In this document: positions 10,405 to 19,954 of the stretch, piece by piece
Layout of the letters: each line of letters opens with the position of its first letter
How positions within the stretch are numbered: position 1 is the stretch's first letter
Source: a virus
Length of the DNA stretch: 64,000 nt
IMG/VR virus record: IMGVR_UViG_3300020478_000004
Location: 32,001-96,000 of that record
Strand: one strand, 5' to 3'
Position numbers and translations under genes: made by a program
The notes under the pieces: generated by a model
Databases searched by the model: none
Told to the model about the DNA's origin: nothing
What the model saw: only the letters and a program-made list of their open reading frames with translations

Positions 10405-11561
10405 TAGTTATCTGCCCTTGGTTTCAATGCTTTAGACAAAGGTTGACGTTCTTTAACAGTTTCGCCGCCTATTACATTTTCTTTAGTATTATTAATAAAT
10501 GATCCTTTATATGTAGCTTTGTCATCAGTATTAGTTAATGTCATACGTACTGCATCTTCCATTTTAATCCACCTTGTTCCATCAAACCTAAATAATCTAT
10601 TAGGTAAGAAATCTGTTCTTAAGAAGTAATCACCTTTAATATTAGTAGCTGGAAATCCTATACCATGACCAAATGCTTCACCATTAGGTGCAATTCCATC
10701 ACCTAATAAGTATCCATCATATCCGCTTCGTTCAGGTGTTTGATTAACCCTATCAGCTAATAGTCCGGCCTGTGAAGCATCTAATGTATCAACGTCTGTT
10801 GTAACAAGTTCAGGTTTACCTTGTTTATCAACTTGTAATGTATATAATTGTTGTGTTTCGTATCCTGACTTTTTAGCATCTGCTTCTGCTTGTTGAACAA
10901 CTGCATTATTAATTTGCATTTCTTGTTCATAAGTTGACAATACATCACGTAATGTATCAGAAGAACCTTCTTCTGCTGGTAAGTCAAGTATTTCTTTAAA
11001 CTCTTGACTATCTACTATTTGTTTTAATTTTACACGATATAAATGCGGATACCAAGTTTGGCTAAATCCTTCTGCCGCTCTGTTAACATCTTCAACTACA
11101 TAATAACGTTTTAATGCAACTTGATAATCATTAAGTGCGTGTGGATCTTTTAAGTGTGGTAGTTCTATTACATCACCTGACATAATTTTTCTACCTAATG
11201 TTTTTACACTATCATTAATATGAATAGTCATAAACAATGTATCATTTTGTAAAAATAATCCAAATTGACTCATATCAAAGTCAATGTCTTGCACGTTATA
11301 AATTCCTCTAATTTGATAAATGTCAGGATCATATTTTCTATCCCTATTTTCAAGGAATAGCATATCCTGTATATTTGTTTCTTTTATAGCATCGTATCTT
11401 GGTTTGTCAGCCGTAGCATCTGCTTCTTCAGGATTTACAGGTCCTAAATACTTGTGAACAAATACGTCAGTTCCGCCCACTTGGAACATTTCACCGATAT
11501 GTCTGTCTAAAAAGACGTAATCATTACCGTGTTCTGGTTTATATAGTGTAAGTTTAGGCAT
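10404..11561 (-). CDS. Neck / head-closure protein (T4 gp14-like)
   Basis: SQFGLF...GDVIELP pattern; divergent from the gp13-like gene and upstream of the gp15-like gene. Confidence 0.55.
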   Translation of the reverse strand: MPKLTLYKPEHGNDYVFLDRHIGEMFQVGGTDVFVHKYLGPVNPEEADATADKPRYDAIKETNIQDMLFLENRDRKYDPDIYQIRGIYNVQDIDFDMSQFGLFLQNDTLFMTIHINDSVKTLGRKIMSGDVIELPHLKDPHALNDYQVALKRYYVVEDVNRAAEGFSQTWYPHLYRVKLKQIVDSQEFKEILDLPAEEGSSDTLRDVLSTYEQEMQINNAVVQQAEADAKKSGYETQQLYTLQVDKQGKPELVTTDVDTLDASQAGLLADRVNQTPERSGYDGYLLGDGIAPNGEAFGHGIGFPATNIKGDYFLRTDFLPNRLFRFDGTRWIKMEDAVRMTLTNTDDKATYKGSFINNTKENVIGGETVKERQPLSKALKPRADN

Positions 11562-11569
11562 CGTAACAG

Positions 11570-11599
11570 TATTTATTCGATGCCGCTTCCCGATAAATA
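11570..11599. promoter_or_regulatory. Back-to-back T4-type late promoters (ATAAATA): minus strand 11570-11576, plus strand 11593-11599
   Basis: TATTTAT and ATAAATA in the short gap between divergent neck genes. Confidence 0.75.
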
Positions 11600-11618
11600 C
11601 ATATGGAGAGCATATAAT

Positions 11619-12377
11619 ATGAGCGGATTAGCAACACAAAAGCAAGAAGTATTTGATTATGTAAACCTATCATTAGGTGGGGGTATGGTCGATGTTGAGC
11701 TTGACCCAGCACATTATGAAACAGCCTTGAATAGGGCATTAGCTAAATTTAGGCAACGATCTGATAATTCTGTTGAAGAATCATATATGTTCCTTCCTAC
11801 AGTAATTGATCAAAATACGTATATACTACCAGAAGAAGTAATTGAAGTTAGACGTATTTTTAGACGATCAATTGGATCAAGAACTGGAGGAGGAGATGGT
11901 GGTACATTATTTGAACCATTTAATTTAGCATATACAAATACCTATTTGTTAGCAAGTACAAATATGGGTGGATTAGCTACATACGAATTGTTCTCACAAT
12001 ACCAAGAACTTGTTGGAAGAATGTTTGGTAGTTTTATTGAATTTAAATGGAATACAACTACTAAAGAATTAACAATGTTACAACGCCCTCGTGCTGAAGA
12101 AGACTTACTTTTATATTGTTACAATAAACGTCCAGATAGCGAATTATTAAAAGATTATTTGGCACAACAATGGTTAAAAGACTATACACTCGCTACTTGT
12201 AAATATATGCTTGGTGAAGCTAGAAGCAAATTTGCCACAGTAGCAGGACCACAAGGCGGTACATCACTAAATGGTGATGCTCTTAAAGCCGAAGCTATTG
12301 CCGAAATCCAAACACTTGACGAAGAGCTTAAAACACAAGTTGCAGGTGGACAAGGATACGGCTTCTCAATTGGTTAA
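11619..12377 (+). CDS. Neck protein (T4 gp13-like head-tail adaptor)
   Basis: LGGGMVDVEL...WLKDYTLA...KF...GPQGG..LNG. Start moved to ATG 11619, which follows the late promoter and a GGAG SD. Confidence 0.75.
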   Translation: MSGLATQKQEVFDYVNLSLGGGMVDVELDPAHYETALNRALAKFRQRSDNSVEESYMFLPTVIDQNTYILPEEVIEVRRIFRRSIGSRTGGGDGGTLFEPFNLAYTNTYLLASTNMGGLATYELFSQYQELVGRMFGSFIEFKWNTTTKELTMLQRPRAEEDLLLYCYNKRPDSELLKDYLAQQWLKDYTLATCKYMLGEARSKFATVAGPQGGTSLNGDALKAEAIAEIQTLDEELKTQVAGGQGYGFSIG

Positions 12378-12386
12378 AATCAATAC

Positions 12387-12415
12387 TTGACATTTACTCG
12401 TATTTCTCGTATAAT
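12387..12415 (+). promoter_or_regulatory. Consensus sigma70 promoter TTGACA-N17-TATAAT
   Basis: Exact consensus with 17-nt spacer upstream of the dNMP kinase. Confidence 0.85.
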
Positions 12416-12444
12416 ATAAACAATATTATATGAGGAATAATCAA

Positions 12445-13038
12445 ATGGTAATTGGAATTTGTGGGCTTATTAGCTCAGGCAAAGATACAATAGCAGATTA
12501 TTTAATTAAAGAGCATAATTTCGTAAAAATCTCATTTGCAGATAAGTTAAAAGATAGCGTAGCCGCTATGTTTGATTGGGATCGCGAATTGCTTGACGGT
12601 AAAACTGCTGAAAGCAGAGAATGGCGCGAAAAAGTAGACTCATATTGGACTAATGAAATAGGTAGCGAAATTACACCTAGACTAGTACTACAAAAATTTG
12701 GTACAGAGTGTATGCGTAATGGATTTTATGATGGTATATGGGTTAGCTTAACTAAAAAGAAAATACTAGATAATCCTGATATTAATTATGTTATTCCAGA
12801 TACACGTTTCCCAAATGAAGCCAAAATGTTATATGAAATTAACGGGCAAGTTTGGAGAGTAGTACGTGGTGAAGATCCACAGTGGTTTACAGATTATAAG
12901 GATTTTGGTACAGAACCTAAAGATGTACACCCTAGCGAATGGGCTTGGGCACACACAAAATTTAAACATATTATTAACAATAATGGGACTATTGACGAAC
13001 TTAAAAGTCAGGTACAAGGTCTCCTTGTTTCCAAGTAA
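12445..13038 (+). CDS. Deoxynucleoside monophosphate kinase (T4 gp1-like)
   Basis: GICGLISSGKDT P-loop, SFADKLK, PRLVLQKFGTE, DTRFPNE, HPSE; GAGGA SD before ATG 12445. Confidence 0.88.
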   Translation: MVIGICGLISSGKDTIADYLIKEHNFVKISFADKLKDSVAAMFDWDRELLDGKTAESREWREKVDSYWTNEIGSEITPRLVLQKFGTECMRNGFYDGIWVSLTKKKILDNPDINYVIPDTRFPNEAKMLYEINGQVWRVVRGEDPQWFTDYKDFGTEPKDVHPSEWAWAHTKFKHIINNNGTIDELKSQVQGLLVSK

Positions 13039-13339
13039 CACCTTCTTTATATAAAATCTTACTACAGTTTGCACAAACAGTTTTTAAGTTTGATGTACGA
13101 ACATTATTAAGATCTCCATCTATATAATAAACATGAAATTGCTCGCTATGTTTACTACGAAAGTTACATTTATCGCAAGTATTCTTTTTAAGATAGCCAG
13201 CTAACTCATACTTTGATGGTCCACGTTTTTTACCTCCATGCTTGGCACAGTTCTCACAAAGGCTTCTATAATAAGGTACGCCTTCCTTATAATAATTAAT
13301 TGCTACCGGCTTTTTACCGCATTTGCATAAAGGTCTCAT
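13001..13339 (-). CDS. Zinc-binding HNH-like protein (catalytic His apparently lost)
   Basis: CxC, CxxC, CxxC...IDGDLNN..SNL..VCANC. Start at ATG 13339, 5 nt after GTAAATA. Confidence 0.6.
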   Translation of the reverse strand: MRPLCKCGKKPVAINYYKEGVPYYRSLCENCAKHGGKKRGPSKYELAGYLKKNTCDKCNFRSKHSEQFHVYYIDGDLNNVRTSNLKTVCANCSKILYKEGVTWKQGDLVPDF

Positions 13340-13421
13340 AATAATATTTACCCCTGCCCTTTTCAAATCCCTTTTGTATCCTAAATTAGCGAATCATTCC
13401 GTGGTGTTTTTTGGTAAATCA

Positions 13422-13429
13422 TATAAATA
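13422..13429 (+). promoter_or_regulatory. T4-type late promoter TATAAATA
   Basis: Exact T4 gp55 consensus upstream of the tail sheath gene. Confidence 0.8.
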
Positions 13430-13468
13430 CTAACAATAAGATGACTATGTCCAACGGGAGAACATACA

Positions 13469-16400
13469 ATGGCTAATTTAGTATCACCAGGCGTACAGGT
13501 TCAAGTTATAGACGAAAGTTTCTATACACCAGCTGAACCGGGTACAGTACCTATGTTATTCTTTGTATCCGCACAAGATAAGAAAAACGGTGCAGGAACA
13601 GGAACAGCTACAGGTACAACTAAAAAACAAGCAGGAACACCATTCTTGCTAACATCACAAAGAGAATTAACAGAAACGTTTGGAGATCCAACGTTTTATA
13701 CAGACACTAATAACAATCCAATCAATGGAAGTGAGCTTAACGAATACGGTTTACAAGCGGCTTATTCTTACTTAGGTGTAAGCAATAGAGCATTTGTAAC
13801 AAGAGCAGATATTAATACATCTGAACTAATTGCTTCAGCAACAGAGCCTGCGGCAAATCCAGCAGATGGCACACATTGGTTTGATACAAAAAATACATTA
13901 TGGGGCATTTTTGAGTGGAATTCAAATGCGGCGACTGTTACTGGTGGACAGACGTTTACTAATAAAATTCCAACTGTAATTACAGATAGTACAAAAGTAA
14001 CAGGTGGAGTACCTAAGACATCCGTTGGCGCTGTAGGTGACTATGCCGTTGTTGCTACTACTACACTAAACAAAGTATATTACAAAAATTCAGCAGGAAC
14101 ATGGGTACAAGTTGGTTCAGCAGATTGGATTAAAGCTAATGCAACAGTAATTGGAACAGAAAGTAATCCAACTATTACTAACGCGGCTAGTATGAGCGTT
14201 AATGGTACAGTAGTTACATCAGGTGGAACAGCTTTAGCAGATGTAGTAATTGCACTTAACGCCGCAGGTATTGCCGGTGTAACTTCAGAAGTTGTTGATG
14301 GTAAATTTGAAATTTACTCAACAGGCGTTGATGTTGTATTAGCAACTAACAGTTCAACATTACTTGCAGAAATTGGTTTAACAGCGGCAACACATAAAGC
14401 GCCAGCGTTACAAATTTCAGCACATACTGATGTACCAACATTTAAATCTACTGATACAGCACCAAGACCAACAGGGTCGGTTTGGATTAAAACTACACAA
14501 CCTAACTTAGGTGCTCGCTTTAGAGTTAAAAAGTTTAATGGAACTACAAATCTTTGGGAAGATGTTGTAGCACCAATGTACACAGATGGACACACGGCAT
14601 TGTTTAATTTAGATAAAGCAGGCGGTGGTGTAAATCTTGCAGTTGGTACTTTATACGTTAATTATAATAACGCTGAAGAATCATCAACTGTAGCAGATTT
14701 TAAAATTCACAGACGTACTAATACTGGAAACACAAGTATTAAGAGTTCAATAATTGCGGCACAGCTTACAGCAAACACTTATGCATTTAATATTCAAGAG
14801 TCAATTGTTGGTCAAGCGGCTCTTAGTGCAGACAAAACAGTTAGTGTAACTACAACAGCGGCATCAAGCGATGCTGATGTTATTGCAGGCGCAATTAACG
14901 CCGCAGGGTTTACTAACGTTGTTGCTTCAGTAGACGCTTCAAACAGAATCGTTATTGAACACAATGATGGTGGTGAGTTCCGTATTAAAGATACAGGTGG
15001 CGTACTTAACTTGGCAGGATTTAGTGCTTTTGTAAATGCTAACTCCGGTACACCTAATTTATATACAGCACCAACAGGTGACACAACACACGACTTTGTT
15101 GCAAGTAACTGGCAAGTATTAACATATACTGCTTCAGCTACGGCTCCAACTGCTTTAACAACAGATGGTAGACTATGGTATAGTTCAATTGTTGATGAAG
15201 TTGATATTATGATACACAATGGTACTACTTGGGTAGGATATTTAGATTCAACTAGTCCGTATTTTGCGGCGGCTGATTCAGATAAAACTGACCCAGCTGG
15301 ACCAATTGTTTCAGCAACAGAGCCAACTTTGCAATCAGATGGAACTGCACTTAAAAACGGTGACATTTGGATTTCAACAGCTGATACTGAAAACTATCCA
15401 AAAATTTACAAATACAATGGCACAACTCTAAAATTTGTACTTGTTGATAACAGCGACCAAACAACTGAAGATGGAGTTGTTTTTGCAGATGCACGTTATA
15501 ATACAGCAGGTGCAAATTCAGATAAAGCAGGAACTATTGCTTCATTACTAGTAAGCAACTTTGTTGATATTGATGCTCCAGATCCAGCACTTTATCCAAA
15601 AGGAATGTTACTTTACAATCTACGTAGAAGCGGATTTAATGTTAAGAAATTTGTTCGTAATCACGTAAACACAGCAACAGATAACATTCGATTTGGCGAC
15701 GAGTCGCAATCAGGTTACTATGCACACCGTTGGGTTACTGAATCAGCTAACCAAACAAACGGTGCAGGTAGCTTTGGACGTAAAGCACAACGCAAAGTTA
15801 TTGTTCAGGCATTACAAGCTCTAGTAAATAGTAATCAAAAAATTAGAGATGATGAATCAAGAATCTTTAATTTAATGGCTTGTCCTGGTTATCCAGAACT
15901 AATTGGTGAAATGGTTACATTAAACACTGATAGAGGTTTAAGTGCATTTATTATTGGTGACAGTCCATTTAGACTAACACCAGATGCAACTACACTTAAT
16001 AACTGGGGTAAGAATACTGCTTTAGCAGTTGAAGATAACGACGATGGACTTGTTACAAGTGACGAATACTTAGGTGTGTTTTATCCAAGTTTATTCACAA
16101 GTGATAACGCAGGTAACAATGTAGTTGTTCCAGCAAGTCACGGTATACTTAGAACATTTGCATTGAGTGATCAAGTTTCGTTTCCATGGTTTGCACCAGC
16201 AGGTACAAGACGTGGTGGTATTACAAACGCTACAGCGGCAGGTTACATTGACAGCGAAGGCGAATTTGTAAGTACTGCACTTAACGAAGGTCAACGTGAT
16301 ACATTATACAGCAATAACGTAAATCCAATTACGTTCTTAACAGGCGCAGGCCTTTTAAACTTTGGTCAAAAAACAAGAGCCAAAAATGCTTCAGCGTTAG

Positions 16401-16717
16401 ATAGAATTAACGTAGCACGTTTGGTAGTTTACTTACGTGGCCAACTTAAAAAACTTGCTAAACCTTATATCTTTGAACCAAATGATAAAATTACGCGAGA
16501 TGAGATTAAGGCACAAGCAGATACATTGTTACTTGAACTAGTTGGGCAAAGAGCACTTTATGACTTCTTAGTAGTGTGTGATGAATCAAACAACACACCA
16601 TCAAGAATTGATCGTAATGAGCTTTATTTAGATATTGCCATAGAACCAGTGAAAGCAGTAGAGTTTATTTACATTCCACTAAGGCTTAAAAATACTGGTG
16701 AGATAGCGGGACTGTAG
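13469..16717 (+). CDS. Contractile tail sheath protein (T4 gp18-like), enlarged
   Basis: LVSPGVQV N-terminus, FGDP, WFAPAGTRRG, RINVARL, FEPND, IEPVKAVEFIYI C-terminus. Confidence 0.95.
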   Translation: MANLVSPGVQVQVIDESFYTPAEPGTVPMLFFVSAQDKKNGAGTGTATGTTKKQAGTPFLLTSQRELTETFGDPTFYTDTNNNPINGSELNEYGLQAAYSYLGVSNRAFVTRADINTSELIASATEPAANPADGTHWFDTKNTLWGIFEWNSNAATVTGGQTFTNKIPTVITDSTKVTGGVPKTSVGAVGDYAVVATTTLNKVYYKNSAGTWVQVGSADWIKANATVIGTESNPTITNAASMSVNGTVVTSGGTALADVVIALNAAGIAGVTSEVVDGKFEIYSTGVDVVLATNSSTLLAEIGLTAATHKAPALQISAHTDVPTFKSTDTAPRPTGSVWIKTTQPNLGARFRVKKFNGTTNLWEDVVAPMYTDGHTALFNLDKAGGGVNLAVGTLYVNYNNAEESSTVADFKIHRRTNTGNTSIKSSIIAAQLTANTYAFNIQESIVGQAALSADKTVSVTTTAASSDADVIAGAINAAGFTNVVASVDASNRIVIEHNDGGEFRIKDTGGVLNLAGFSAFVNANSGTPNLYTAPTGDTTHDFVASNWQVLTYTASATAPTALTTDGRLWYSSIVDEVDIMIHNGTTWVGYLDSTSPYFAAADSDKTDPAGPIVSATEPTLQSDGTALKNGDIWISTADTENYPKIYKYNGTTLKFVLVDNSDQTTEDGVVFADARYNTAGANSDKAGTIASLLVSNFVDIDAPDPALYPKGMLLYNLRRSGFNVKKFVRNHVNTATDNIRFGDESQSGYYAHRWVTESANQTNGAGSFGRKAQRKVIVQALQALVNSNQKIRDDESRIFNLMACPGYPELIGEMVTLNTDRGLSAFIIGDSPFRLTPDATTLNNWGKNTALAVEDNDDGLVTSDEYLGVFYPSLFTSDNAGNNVVVPASHGILRTFALSDQVSFPWFAPAGTRRGGITNATAAGYIDSEGEFVSTALNEGQRDTLYSNNVNPITFLTGAGLLNFGQKTRAKNASALDRINVARLVVYLRGQLKKLAKPYIFEPNDKITRDEIKAQADTLLLELVGQRALYDFLVVCDESNNTPSRIDRNELYLDIAIEPVKAVEFIYIPLRLKNTGEIAGL

Positions 16718-16750
16718 AATGATAAATACAGCTAATAGGGAGATATTATA

Positions 16751-17383
16751 ATGAGTATATCAACATTATCAAAACTTACAGTACCTTTAGATTCAAGTGC
16801 ATCAGCCTCGAATCAAGGGCTGTTAATGCCAAAACTCCAGTATCGCTTTAGGGTGACATTGGAAAATTTTGGTAGATCAACACCAACAACTGAATTAACA
16901 AAACAAGTTGTTGATGTTACAAGGCCTAACGTGTCCTTTGAACAAATTACACTTGACGTATACAACTCACGTGTGTTCTTAGCAGGAAAACATACTTGGG
17001 AACCAATCACACTTAACTTACGTGAGGATGTTTCTAATAACGTACAAAAATTAGTTGGTGAGCAACTACAAAAACAATTTGATTTCTTTGAACAATCATC
17101 AGCGGCATCAGGTAGCGATTACAAATTCGTAACTAGAATTGAAATTTTAGACGGTGGTAATGGTACAAATGCGGCGGCGATTCTTGAAACATTTGAACTT
17201 TATGGTTGTTACTGTGAAAGTGCAAACTACAATACATTAGCATATAGTACAAACGATCCAGTAACTATTGCATTATCTATTAGATACGATAACGCAATAC
17301 AAACACCACAAGGTACAGGTATTGGTACAGCTATTGGTAGAACAGTTAATACTGCGGCTACTGGTGGTGGATCAGCAACTTAA
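16751..17383 (+). CDS. Tail tube protein (T4 gp19-like)
   Basis: Follows the sheath gene; PKLQYRFRV, AGKHTWEPITL, YD motifs; ATAAATA at 16722-16728. Confidence 0.85.
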   Translation: MSISTLSKLTVPLDSSASASNQGLLMPKLQYRFRVTLENFGRSTPTTELTKQVVDVTRPNVSFEQITLDVYNSRVFLAGKHTWEPITLNLREDVSNNVQKLVGEQLQKQFDFFEQSSAASGSDYKFVTRIEILDGGNGTNAAAILETFELYGCYCESANYNTLAYSTNDPVTIALSIRYDNAIQTPQGTGIGTAIGRTVNTAATGGGSAT

Positions 17384-17411
17384 TAAAAATAAATTATAAT
17401 ATTTCCGAGTC

Positions 17412-17445
17412 AAAGGGGGTCTTTTTAGGCCCCTTTTTTCTTTTT
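17412..17445 (+). terminator. Rho-independent terminator
   Basis: AAAGGGGGTC...GGCCCCTTT stem followed by T runs after the tail tube gene. Confidence 0.8.
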
Positions 17446-17508
17446 GTATAACTCTTCAATAATACATTCATGTTAAATACCCACTTATTTTTATAGATAA
17501 ATAATAGT

Positions 17509-18918
17509 ATGGCTAGCAAATTTCAAGGATTTTTTGATAACATAATAGCAGGGACTTTAAATCCCAAGGGTAACCTTGGTGACTGGCAACACGCTAGAGC
17601 ATTATATACTAATGACGATTTTCGTCTCGCTCCTAAACATAAGTTTTTATATCATGTGGCTTTTACATTAAACGAAAGAGCGGCAAAAGTAATTCCACAA
17701 TTAAAAACAGAAGAACTTAATATGTTAGTTAAGTCAGTCGACTTACCTAAGTATAATATAAGCACTACTCTAAAGCACCAATACAATAAAAAACGTAATT
17801 TACAAACAAGATTAGATTATGATCCTGTTAACATTACCTTCCATGATGATAACTGGGGTATAACAACTGCTATGTGGGAAGCATACTATAGATACTACTT
17901 TAGAGACGGAACATATTCAGCATTGTCAGGCGCCGCTCCTGCTTCGTCTTCTAATGCTGGAAAAGATAACAGTGGATTACCACAAGGCGCTTATAACAGA
18001 GCTAATACATACTTAGACAGTTCAGTAAACAGATATCGTTTTGGTATGGACAACGATCAATTTGAAAACTTTTTTGATACAATTCAAATTTTTCAAATGT
18101 CAAGACGAAGGTATACTTGTTTTACTTTAGTTAATCCTATAATTTCAAGTTGGCAACACGATACTATGGATAATAGCGATAGTGGTGTTGTAGCAAATCA
18201 AATGACAGTTCAATATGAAACTGTATGGTATGCACGTGGACCAGTTAAAGAAGGTACTGCTCCTAAAATGTTTGGTACTCCATCAGGACACTATGATTCA
18301 ACTCCGAGTCCAATAACCTTAGAAGGTGGCGGAGTAGCAAGTTTATTTGGTATTGGTGGTGTAGCTTCAGGTGGTTTAGATGTGCTTGGTGATATTACAA
18401 GTGGAAAAGCAACTGGAAGTTTAGGAGGTTTTCTTGGAACAGTATTAAAAGGTGCTAACGTATTTAAAAATGCAAAAAGTTTATCACGTAGTGGAATACG
18501 TCAAGAAGGATTTAATATTTTAAAAGGAGCTTTGGGTCAAGTAAATAATTCAGCTGTAGGCGGAGTTGCTAATACTTTCTTTCCGAAAGGAAGTGGTACA
18601 GGAAGTAGTAGTGCAAGTCTTATCAATACAGTTGCAGGTCTCACAGCAGGGGCATCAATTATAAAAACTGTTTCTTCTGGAAGTACATTAGATGCTGTTA
18701 CCTCGTTAGTTAATAATCCAGGTAAACTAGACCAACTAGCCCTAGCAGGAAGTTTCTTAAAAACACATCTTGAAACAGGTGGAAGTGCAGTTATTGATGA
18801 AGTCGGAACAGCTTATGCTAATTTATCCGAGTCCGCTAAAAATTCATTTAGACAATTAGAATTAGATAATGTACAACAAACATTACAAAATAATTCTAAC
18901 TTAACATTGGAGGCCTAG
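17509..18918 (+). CDS. Tail-tube-fold baseplate protein (gp54/gp48-like tube initiator)
   Basis: VKSVDLPK...YDPVNITFHDD...WEAYY tube-like fold; ATAAATA at 17497-17503. Confidence 0.55.
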   Translation: MASKFQGFFDNIIAGTLNPKGNLGDWQHARALYTNDDFRLAPKHKFLYHVAFTLNERAAKVIPQLKTEELNMLVKSVDLPKYNISTTLKHQYNKKRNLQTRLDYDPVNITFHDDNWGITTAMWEAYYRYYFRDGTYSALSGAAPASSSNAGKDNSGLPQGAYNRANTYLDSSVNRYRFGMDNDQFENFFDTIQIFQMSRRRYTCFTLVNPIISSWQHDTMDNSDSGVVANQMTVQYETVWYARGPVKEGTAPKMFGTPSGHYDSTPSPITLEGGGVASLFGIGGVASGGLDVLGDITSGKATGSLGGFLGTVLKGANVFKNAKSLSRSGIRQEGFNILKGALGQVNNSAVGGVANTFFPKGSGTGSSSASLINTVAGLTAGASIIKTVSSGSTLDAVTSLVNNPGKLDQLALAGSFLKTHLETGGSAVIDEVGTAYANLSESAKNSFRQLELDNVQQTLQNNSNLTLEA

Positions 18919-18920
18919 TC

Positions 18921-19331
18921 ATGGGTGAAGAAATAACAACAAGTATAGTTACACCAGATCCACAACCTACTAATCTACCACGTCAACCAGTTACTGATTC
19001 TACTGCACAAGTAAAACAATTTTTAGATAGATATTTTCAAGCACCTTTAAGTTTTCCTTCTAACCAAGTAGATGCAGTTATTGGATTTTTTGAAAGTAGA
19101 GATTTTGATTTGACTAGTGCTCAAACTATCGGTACAGTTTTATTGCAACAAGCAAAACTAGATGACGTTAATGTATTTGAACTTTTAGATACACTTAAAG
19201 GTTTAGATACACTTCAATTAAGTGCAGTTGTTACAGAAGTAATCAATTATAATAGATCAAAAATTAGTACCTTAGGATATAAGTTAGACAAATCTGCTAA
19301 TAAGTTAGAAGTGCGTAATGTATTGGTTTAA
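18921..19331 (+). CDS. Hypothetical protein (structural module)
   Basis: ORF with GGAGG SD inside the virion operon. Confidence 0.6.
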   Translation: MGEEITTSIVTPDPQPTNLPRQPVTDSTAQVKQFLDRYFQAPLSFPSNQVDAVIGFFESRDFDLTSAQTIGTVLLQQAKLDDVNVFELLDTLKGLDTLQLSAVVTEVINYNRSKISTLGYKLDKSANKLEVRNVLV

Positions 19332-19334
19332 CAA

Positions 19335-19772
19335 ATGGCGAAGTTTGCACAGGGTAGATTTACATTAAAAAATGCTAACAAATACCTAGGTAAAAAAACA
19401 CCTTTATATAGATCAAGTTGGGAATTTGCTTTCATGCGTTTTTGCGATGAAAGTCCTTCAGTTGCCAAATGGGCAAGTGAGTCTGTTAAAATTCCTTACA
19501 AAGATCCATTAACAGGAAAACTTACTGTATATGTTCCTGACTTTATGATTCAGTATACTGATAAAAATGGTAGAGGTCACGTAGAACTTATAGAAGTTAA
19601 GCCAGAAAACCAAATGAAGAAAGAACATATTGGGAGAGATAAATTTAGACAAGCTCAATATGTTAGAAATGTAGCTAAATGGGAAGCCGCAAGACATTGG
19701 TGTAAAAGACGTAAAATATATTTTAGAGTAATAAATGAGAATGATATTTTTCATAGAGGTCGAAGAAAATGA
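19335..19772 (+). CDS. Head completion nuclease (T4 gp4-like, TnsA-type PD-(D/E)xK)
   Basis: YRSSWE, WASE..IPY, YVPDF, IEVKP, KWEAA motifs. Confidence 0.88.
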   Translation: MAKFAQGRFTLKNANKYLGKKTPLYRSSWEFAFMRFCDESPSVAKWASESVKIPYKDPLTGKLTVYVPDFMIQYTDKNGRGHVELIEVKPENQMKKEHIGRDKFRQAQYVRNVAKWEAARHWCKRRKIYFRVINENDIFHRGRRK

Positions 19773-19786
19773 CGGAGGGCGTAGAA

Positions 19787-19942
19787 ATGCAATCAGATCT
19801 TCAAACCATAGTAAGCCTATGGCCTATATTTTTAGGATTTATTACATTAGTAATTGTATTAGCCAAAATGCATTCAAGTATTGAGGTATTACGTGAAAAA
19901 GTTAAAACTCTTTTTGAATTATGGAATGAAAAAGACAAATAA
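19787..19942 (+). CDS. Small single-TM membrane protein, 51 aa (absent from the ORF track)
   Basis: GGAGG SD; MQSDLQTIVSLWPIFLGFITLVIVLAKMHSSIEVLREKVKTLFELWNEKDK. Confidence 0.65.
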   Translation: MQSDLQTIVSLWPIFLGFITLVIVLAKMHSSIEVLREKVKTLFELWNEKDK

Positions 19943-19954
19943 ATACACGTAGTT

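Noticed and set aside
19335-19772. TnsA-like nuclease as evidence of a Tn7-type transposon
   Set aside because: Motifs and position fit the T4 gp4 head-completion nuclease; no TnsB/TnsC or terminal repeats are present.
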